From Chloroflexia bacterium (GTDB lineage: Bacteria; Chloroflexota; Chloroflexia; Thermobaculales; Thermobaculaceae), in the NCBI GenBank assembly GCA_013695265.1, contig JACDAU010000195.1:1-31312 (forward strand): a stretch of 31,312 nucleotides of DNA. The letters are read 5' to 3'. Below are positions 25,554 through 31,312 of this stretch, one piece after another (the first letter of the stretch is position 1; each line of letters begins with the position of its first letter). The notes under the pieces were generated by a model, which was not told the origin of the DNA, searched no databases, and saw nothing but the letters and a program-made list of their open reading frames with translations. Position numbers and translations under genes: made by a program.

Positions 25554-27446
25554 GTGGACGCTTCCAGATCGCAAACGGACCGGGCGCCGCTCGGCCATCC
25601 AGCCCCAGTCCTCAGCCTTTGGCGCTATCTCTGGCGGCTTGCCATGTATCGGCCAGGGCTATGGATTACGAGTGGCATCTTCGCAAGCACCATGTTCTAC
25701 CTGTTTCCCCTGGTTCCCGGACTCATCGTGCGCGAGTTCTTCGACCGGCTAACGCGGAACGCGCAGGCCGGACTGGAAGTGTGGACTCTCCTGGCGCTGC
25801 TCGTCGCATTGGCCGTCGGACGGGTCACGGCGCTGGCGGTGGCGGTATTCGCGGAGACGACAACGCAGCTCACGGCCGCCGCCCTGCTGCGCAGGAACTT
25901 GCTCGCACGTATCCTGGAGCATCCGGGTGCGCGGGCGGTGCCCGCCTCCCCCGGCGAGGCGATCAGCCGCTTTCGTGACGACACGCAGGTGGTTGTCCAG
26001 TTTCTGACGTGGACCCTCGATCCTGTCGGCCAGATCGTGGTGACAATCATCGCGCTCGTGGTGCTCGCGCGTATTGATCCGCTGCTCACCTTGACGGTCT
26101 TCCTCCCTCTGCTCTTTGTGCTCGTGCTGGTAAACATGGCGAGCAAGCGCATCGAGCGCTATCGCCGCGCGAGCCAGGAGTCGATCGGCGAGGTGACCGG
26201 ACTCCTCGGTGAGGCATTCGGCTCGGCGCAGGCGGTGAAGCTCGCCAATGCCGAGGAGCGCGTGGTTCGCCATTTTGAGCGCATCAATGAGATTCGCCGT
26301 AAAATGACGCTGAACGATCTGCTCTTCACGGAGGTGTTGCAGTCGATCGGAGCGAACGCGGCGAATATTGGTACTGGCATCGTCCTGCTTATCGCCGCCG
26401 ACGGTATGCGCTCCGGAAGCTTCACTGTCGGAGATTTCGCGCTTTTCGTCTCGTATCTCGGCTGGCTCACGACGGTGACGGGGGCTGCCGGTCATTTCCT
26501 CACTCAGTACCGGCAATCCAGCGTGTCACTTGGCCGGCTAACTCAATTGTTGCAAGGTGGCCAGCCAGAGCGCCTGGTGGAACACGCGCCGACCTACTTG
26601 CGCGGTTCCCTGCCCGACTTACCGACTTCACCCCGCACTGCGGCACACCGTCTGGACTATCTGGAAACGCGTGGCCTCTCGTTCGGCTACCCCGCCTCCG
26701 GCAGGGGCGTCGAGGGCATCGACCTTCGAATGGAACGCGGCTCCTTCACCGTCATTACTGGGGGCATCGGCGCTGGCAAGACCACGCTGCTGCGCACGCT
26801 GCTCGGCCTGCTGCGCCGAGATGCAGGCGAGATCGTGTGGAACGGTGTGATCGTCGACGACCCGGCGACGTTTTTCGTGCCGCCGAGGAGCGCGTACACG
26901 CCGCAGAACCCGCGCCTCTTCAGCGAAACGTTGCGGGACAACCTGCTGATGGGCGTTTCACCGGAGGAGGCAGATCTGTCGGCTGCGCTCCGACTCGCCG
27001 TAATGGAGCGGGATGTGACCGAGCTGGAAGGGGGACTCGACACCCGGATCGGCCCGCGCGGAGTAAAGCTCTCCGGCGGCCAACTACAGCGCAGCGCGAC
27101 GGCGCGGATGTTCGTGCGAGACCCGGAGCTGCTGGTGTTCGACGATCTGTCCAGCGCGCTCGACGTGGAAACGGAGCGCACGCTCTGGGAGCGAGTGTTT
27201 GCGGAGCGCGACCGCACCTGTTTAGTCGTCTCCCATCGCCGTCCTGCACTTCGGCGCGCGGATCAGATACTCATCCTGAACGAGGGAACGATCGAAGCAC
27301 GCGGCACGCTCGACGACCTGCTCGTGACAAGCGAGACAATGCGGCGGCTCTGGCACGGCGAGGCAAATATAACGCGGTACTCGAAGCAAATTGATGCTAC
27401 AAACGACCTAAGAAACGTACAGTACCTGGGAAAGCACGACGGCTAA
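25554..27446 (+). CDS. Type IV ABC exporter half-transporter (TMD+NBD), subunit 2
   Basis: Walker A GGIGAGKT, LSGGQ, Walker B VFDDLSS, VSHR; AAGGAG RBS. Confidence 0.92.
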   Translation: MDASRSQTDRAPLGHPAPVLSLWRYLWRLAMYRPGLWITSGIFASTMFYLFPLVPGLIVREFFDRLTRNAQAGLEVWTLLALLVALAVGRVTALAVAVFAETTTQLTAAALLRRNLLARILEHPGARAVPASPGEAISRFRDDTQVVVQFLTWTLDPVGQIVVTIIALVVLARIDPLLTLTVFLPLLFVLVLVNMASKRIERYRRASQESIGEVTGLLGEAFGSAQAVKLANAEERVVRHFERINEIRRKMTLNDLLFTEVLQSIGANAANIGTGIVLLIAADGMRSGSFTVGDFALFVSYLGWLTTVTGAAGHFLTQYRQSSVSLGRLTQLLQGGQPERLVEHAPTYLRGSLPDLPTSPRTAAHRLDYLETRGLSFGYPASGRGVEGIDLRMERGSFTVITGGIGAGKTTLLRTLLGLLRRDAGEIVWNGVIVDDPATFFVPPRSAYTPQNPRLFSETLRDNLLMGVSPEEADLSAALRLAVMERDVTELEGGLDTRIGPRGVKLSGGQLQRSATARMFVRDPELLVFDDLSSALDVETERTLWERVFAERDRTCLVVSHRRPALRRADQILILNEGTIEARGTLDDLLVTSETMRRLWHGEANITRYSKQIDATNDLRNVQYLGKHDG

Positions 27447-27611
27447 GAATGCCTGAGGCATGATAGCGCGTCTGTCCTTCCGAGCTTGCTGGGAACTGTG
27501 CCCCTGGTCACGGATATTTCGCCGCAGCTCAGAACTTGCCCGGAGCCTGCGAATGAAATGACATTTGGTAAGGGTCAAGAGGAATTCGTAACACACGCAT
27601 ACTCCCGACCT

Positions 27612-27683
27612 GCGCGGGGTTCGTGCTCTACAGCGGTGGGCACCACTCTTGAGCCGGGTTGGGGCAGGTCTTTGTGCCTGCCC
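27612..27683. repeat. REP-like hairpins, same family as 21701-21727
   Basis: GTTGGGGCAGGTCTTTGTGCCTGCCC (27658-27683, +) resembles the reverse complement of 21701-21727; weaker GTAGAGCACGAACCCCGCGC on - at 27631-27612. Confidence 0.5.
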
Positions 27684-27791
27684 GCGGGCCGCAGTCCGCT
27701 CCCCACCATTCTTGAGGTTCAATCTTCTTGCTCACCGATGTAGATTCATGCCGGTCGAGTGTGCTGGCATCACGCATTCAGGGCTCTCGAT

Positions 27792-28646
27792 TCAGCCATC
27801 GAGCATGGTGCGCCAACTGTGCGACGGCTTCCAGCCAAAGACTTGTCCCATCTTCGCACAGTTGAAGGCCGAGGCGTGGTCTTCGTGGTTCGGGTCCACT
27901 GCATCGTATCCATCGTAGTACTCGGCGAGCAGTCCGCGCAGGCCTCGCTTCGCACGGGTGTCCGCCGCCGCGATCAAGAACACTTCGTTTCCGCGGCTCT
28001 CGCCCTCTAGAGCTGCACGATAGGCAGTTCCAACATCGCGAGCGTCGATATAGCTCCAGAAGTTGCCCATACTCATCGTTGGGTCATCCCACTCCAATCG
28101 GAAGCGCTCGTAGTCATTGATGGAGATGACGTTGTTGATCCGCATGCCACAGAACGCGGTTTCCGGGTATCGGACTGATAGTGAGTCGGCAATCACCTCG
28201 CTGAGGTATTTGCTCAACGCGTACGCGTTCGAGGACGGGTACCGTTCGGATTCATCGAACGGGATGCGCGCTGGCATTCGATTGTCGGTGAGAAGTCCGG
28301 TGGCCATTTCGCTGGATGCATATACCACTCGACGGACCCCCGTATCGCCGGCCGCTTGCATAACGTTGTACGTCGTGTTTACATTCAGGTCAAACACGTT
28401 CTGGCGCGCCTGTCCGCTCGGCGCGGGATTCGCGGCGAGGTGGGCAACCACCTCGGGCCGAAACTGGAAGAACGCATCGTATACCTCGCCAAGATCCCGA
28501 AGGTCGATACGACAATGCTCGCCCGGCAGGTCAAGATCGGGCCGACGAGCAACATCAAGATTCACCACGTCGTGCCCCGCCGCAGCAAGGTCCCGGACGA
28601 CCCACTGTCCGGCCTTTCCAGTGCCGCCCGTCACTACTATTCGCAT
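27792..28646 (-). CDS. NAD-dependent epimerase/dehydratase (extended SDR)
   Basis: MRIVVTGGTGKAG, YASS, YALSK (YxxxK); AAAGGA RBS before ATG 28646. Confidence 0.92.
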   Translation of the reverse strand: MRIVVTGGTGKAGQWVVRDLAAAGHDVVNLDVARRPDLDLPGEHCRIDLRDLGEVYDAFFQFRPEVVAHLAANPAPSGQARQNVFDLNVNTTYNVMQAAGDTGVRRVVYASSEMATGLLTDNRMPARIPFDESERYPSSNAYALSKYLSEVIADSLSVRYPETAFCGMRINNVISINDYERFRLEWDDPTMSMGNFWSYIDARDVGTAYRAALEGESRGNEVFLIAAADTRAKRGLRGLLAEYYDGYDAVDPNHEDHASAFNCAKMGQVFGWKPSHSWRTMLDG

Positions 28647-29169
28647 TGTGTGTCCTTTCGTCTTTGATCTGTCCATCGTACGAAAAAGACTGTTCGCACG
28701 GGACTTGCCACCTTGCAGGCGAGGGCGGAGACGGGTGACGGATCCGAGAACAAATAGTAGCGGGGAGGTCCGCCAGCACCTGCCGAAAAGCACTGTTGCT
28801 CGGCGTAGTGTTAGCTTACTGGGAAAGGGCATCGGCAGACGAACAGGGTCGAGAAGAATGCGCACATAGGGCGATGCACTTGGAGACCGGCTTGTGTCGG
28901 TAATCGGAACGTGTTGCTTTGAACACTTCGCCCCTGCAATGCCATCGGATGCCCGCCGTGTTTTTCCGACGTAATTGCTGGTGGTCAATTGGACTGGGAC
29001 ACCCATCACAAAGCGTTCTCCCTGAGACAACAACGTACCGGTAGAGTCAGACCTCGCCTTTACCTCATCCCTTTGAGTTGCTAGCATTAGCAGCATGCCA
29101 TTGTTTGAAGGATCATCTTTGCGCGCGCGCGTCCGACTGTCCCAGATTCCTCTGATTCTAAATGGTGAC

Positions 29170-31312
29170 ATGCGCGCCGTTCTCGCCCTGCTTGCCGTCG
29201 CCATTCTGATGGAATGGAAGATACTCGTCGGCGGCACCGTGGTCGGGATGGACGCCGCCACCCTCTTTTATCCGGCGTACTCCTTTTTGGGAGAGAGCCT
29301 GAGTTCAGCGCGTGTGCCGGTATGGAACCCGTATCAGGTTTCCGGCACGCCCTTCGCCGCAGACCCACAGTCAGGCTGGATGTACTGGCCCGCGATGCTG
29401 CTGTTCAGTGTCATGCCGCTTGCCGCGGCAGCGAAAAGCTTCATCTTCCTTCACCTGCTTGTTGCGGCACTGGCGGTCTATGCACTGGCGCGGGCACTTA
29501 GGATTTCCGTAGTTGGGGCACTCGTCTCCGCCATAGGGTATGGGTTCGCCACGTTCTTCTACGAACGCAGCATCTGCTGCTTCGAGCACGTGATGGTGGC
29601 ACTGTGGTTGCCCCTGCTGATGCTGACCGTGGAGATGGCACTCCGGCAAACGAACTGGGTGACCAGGAGCCTCTGGTGGTGCGCCGCCGGATTCGCCTTC
29701 AGTCAGATCTTAGCCTCCTGGCTGGGTCAGGGGAGCTATTACGCGTTGCTGGCTGTCGTAGGGTTTGTAATTTACCGCACCCTGATTGCGCCACCGAACG
29801 ATCAGCGCCTGGACGGAGGAGGAGCGCGGCTGCGGACGCTGGCTCTGCATGGGTCCGCCTTGCTAGTGCTCGGCGCTGGGATGGCCGCGGCCGGATTGCT
29901 GCCCCGAATTGAGTATAACGTCCTATCGAACCTGGCAGGCGGATACGCGGACACGCCAGCAGCGATAGCGGGCGGCTGGACCCCAAGGGACTGGGCGAAG
30001 CTGCTGGATCGAAAGAACTGGTATGCGGGCGCCGTGACCCTTGCCCTCGCGATAGTGGCGCCGTTCGCGGCCCGTGGCCGCTACGGCACGCCCTTCTGGT
30101 TCGCCCTGTCGCTGGGTGCGCTCATTCTCGCCGGCCGGGATACCACGCCATTGCACTGGCTGCTGTACCACCTGCTGCCGGGCTTCTCCCGCCTGCATCC
30201 ACACAACCCGGAACGCATCATGCTGTTGTTCTACCTGGGTGCGTCGTTGTGTGCCGGTGCGACGATATCCGCGTTGCGCGAGGCTCCAACGAGAACCACG
30301 CTGCTCGCCCTTATTCCCGCCACGGGAGCGGTCGCTCTCAAACTAGCCGAGGCGCGACTCCCAGAGCCGGGTCCCCGGCTGATTCCCACGGGCAGCTTGA
30401 TTTTCCTTCTGCTCGGAGTCGTGTTCCTGGCGGTTTATCCCCTCCTGCCGCGATATCGGCCACACGTAACCACGCTGATTCTGCTCGTACTCGTTCTCGA
30501 TCTATTCACCGCGGGCAGGACGGCCGTCGATAACGGTCCGGGCCGTTTTCGGACGGTGAACCTCAACACTCACTACGATGCCTCGGGCGCTGCTGTGTTC
30601 CTGCGCAGCCAGGGTGGCAGCGAGCTGTTCCGCTATTTTGGATACGACCCGGAGGTTCGGCTGTACGAGCCCCGAAGTATGGGGTATCCGCCCACAACAT
30701 ACCGCTATCATTGGCGGGATATCGCTCGTGGGACGGTAATGCTGGTACACAACCGCTCCGTCCCACTGGGTCTGCACGATATCCAGGGATACAGACCAGT
30801 GCGCATCAAGCGATACGATGAGTACATGTCCGCGCTCAATGGGCGTGAGCAGGAGTATCGGGAGTCGAACGTTCTGGCTGGTGGTTTGGAGTCGCCGTTG
30901 CTTGATTTGCTCAACGTCCGCTACATCGTCGTACCCCGCGCCACCGTCAACCACCGCAACGACCTGCAACGCCTCACCGAAATTCACCCTACGGTCTACC
31001 GCGACGCCTCCGTCCGGGTGCTTCGCAGGCAACAATCCCTGCCTCGCGCCTGGCTCGTCCACGAGGCACAGCGGGTGAAGCGCGGCGAGGCACTAGCACT
31101 CATCGGCTCCGGCACCGTCGACCCCAGGCGCGTCGCGCTGCTGGAGGACCCACCACCCCCGCTCGCCCTCCCGCCGGACCCCACGTCGGACCGGGTACGC
31201 GTCGACCTGTACGAGCCCGGACGCATCCGCGCGAGCACATCAACCGGTGCAGCGGGTCTGCTCGTGTTTAGTGAGGTGTACTATCCGGCGTGGAAGGCGT
31301 ACGTGGACGACC
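29170..31312 (+). CDS. YfhO-family membrane protein (GT-C-type glycosyltransferase-like), 3' partial
   Basis: Not in ORF track because there is no stop before the window end. Hand translation is open throughout: VPVWNPYQVSGTPFAADPQSG, DIQGY, LLDLLNVRYIV, LPRAWLV, GLLVFSEVYYPAWKAYVD. Alternative ATG at 29095. Confidence 0.9.
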   Translation, partial: MRAVLALLAVAILMEWKILVGGTVVGMDAATLFYPAYSFLGESLSSARVPVWNPYQVSGTPFAADPQSGWMYWPAMLLFSVMPLAAAAKSFIFLHLLVAALAVYALARALRISVVGALVSAIGYGFATFFYERSICCFEHVMVALWLPLLMLTVEMALRQTNWVTRSLWWCAAGFAFSQILASWLGQGSYYALLAVVGFVIYRTLIAPPNDQRLDGGGARLRTLALHGSALLVLGAGMAAAGLLPRIEYNVLSNLAGGYADTPAAIAGGWTPRDWAKLLDRKNWYAGAVTLALAIVAPFAARGRYGTPFWFALSLGALILAGRDTTPLHWLLYHLLPGFSRLHPHNPERIMLLFYLGASLCAGATISALREAPTRTTLLALIPATGAVALKLAEARLPEPGPRLIPTGSLIFLLLGVVFLAVYPLLPRYRPHVTTLILLVLVLDLFTAGRTAVDNGPGRFRTVNLNTHYDASGAAVFLRSQGGSELFRYFGYDPEVRLYEPRSMGYPPTTYRYHWRDIARGTVMLVHNRSVPLGLHDIQGYRPVRIKRYDEYMSALNGREQEYRESNVLAGGLESPLLDLLNVRYIVVPRATVNHRNDLQRLTEIHPTVYRDASVRVLRRQQSLPRAWLVHEAQRVKRGEALALIGSGTVDPRRVALLEDPPPPLALPPDPTSDRVRVDLYEPGRIRASTSTGAAGLLVFSEVYYPAWKAYVDD

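Noticed and set aside
1-31312. CRISPR array, tRNA/rRNA, IS or integrase, phage or defence genes
   Set aside because: No regularly spaced repeats, cloverleaf or rRNA signatures, or matching protein motifs were seen.

Overview
GC-rich bacterial chromosomal window. The gene families (NiaR/NiaP, DUF5671-like, PRC-barrel, YfhO, RIO1) suggest a monoderm, possibly Chloroflexota-like organism; this is inference only. About 30 protein genes are supported. I saw no rRNA, tRNA, CRISPR array, integrase or transposase. Left to right: partial IscU-like scaffold lacking its first Cys, P5CDH-like aldehyde dehydrogenase, map, alpha/beta hydrolase, PRC-barrel protein, class V PLP enzyme, collapsed GHMP-kinase pseudogene, niaR-niaP operon with a perfect 24-bp palindrome over its -35 box, nfi. 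Next is a putative copper-linked cluster (His-rich RRPP-ending leader ORF, Cys-less cupredoxin, N-terminal-His membrane protein with a partial ferredoxin motif, SCO, DUF3105-like lipoprotein, NUDIX). Then glutaredoxin-like gene, moaA, two ABC-2 permeases without an ATPase, an NTF2-like/DUF5671-like pair, PhyH dioxygenase, MFS and GNAT. A RIO1-family kinase follows, behind a ~320-nt uORF/hairpin leader and followed by a heterodimeric ABC exporter. The window ends with an NAD-dependent epimerase and a partial YfhO-family gene. The best candidates for undescribed systems are the copper-linked cluster with its possible arrest-type leader, and the leader-controlled RIO1 kinase/ABC exporter module bracketed by REP-like elements. 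All family calls come from motif recognition by eye; no database search was run.
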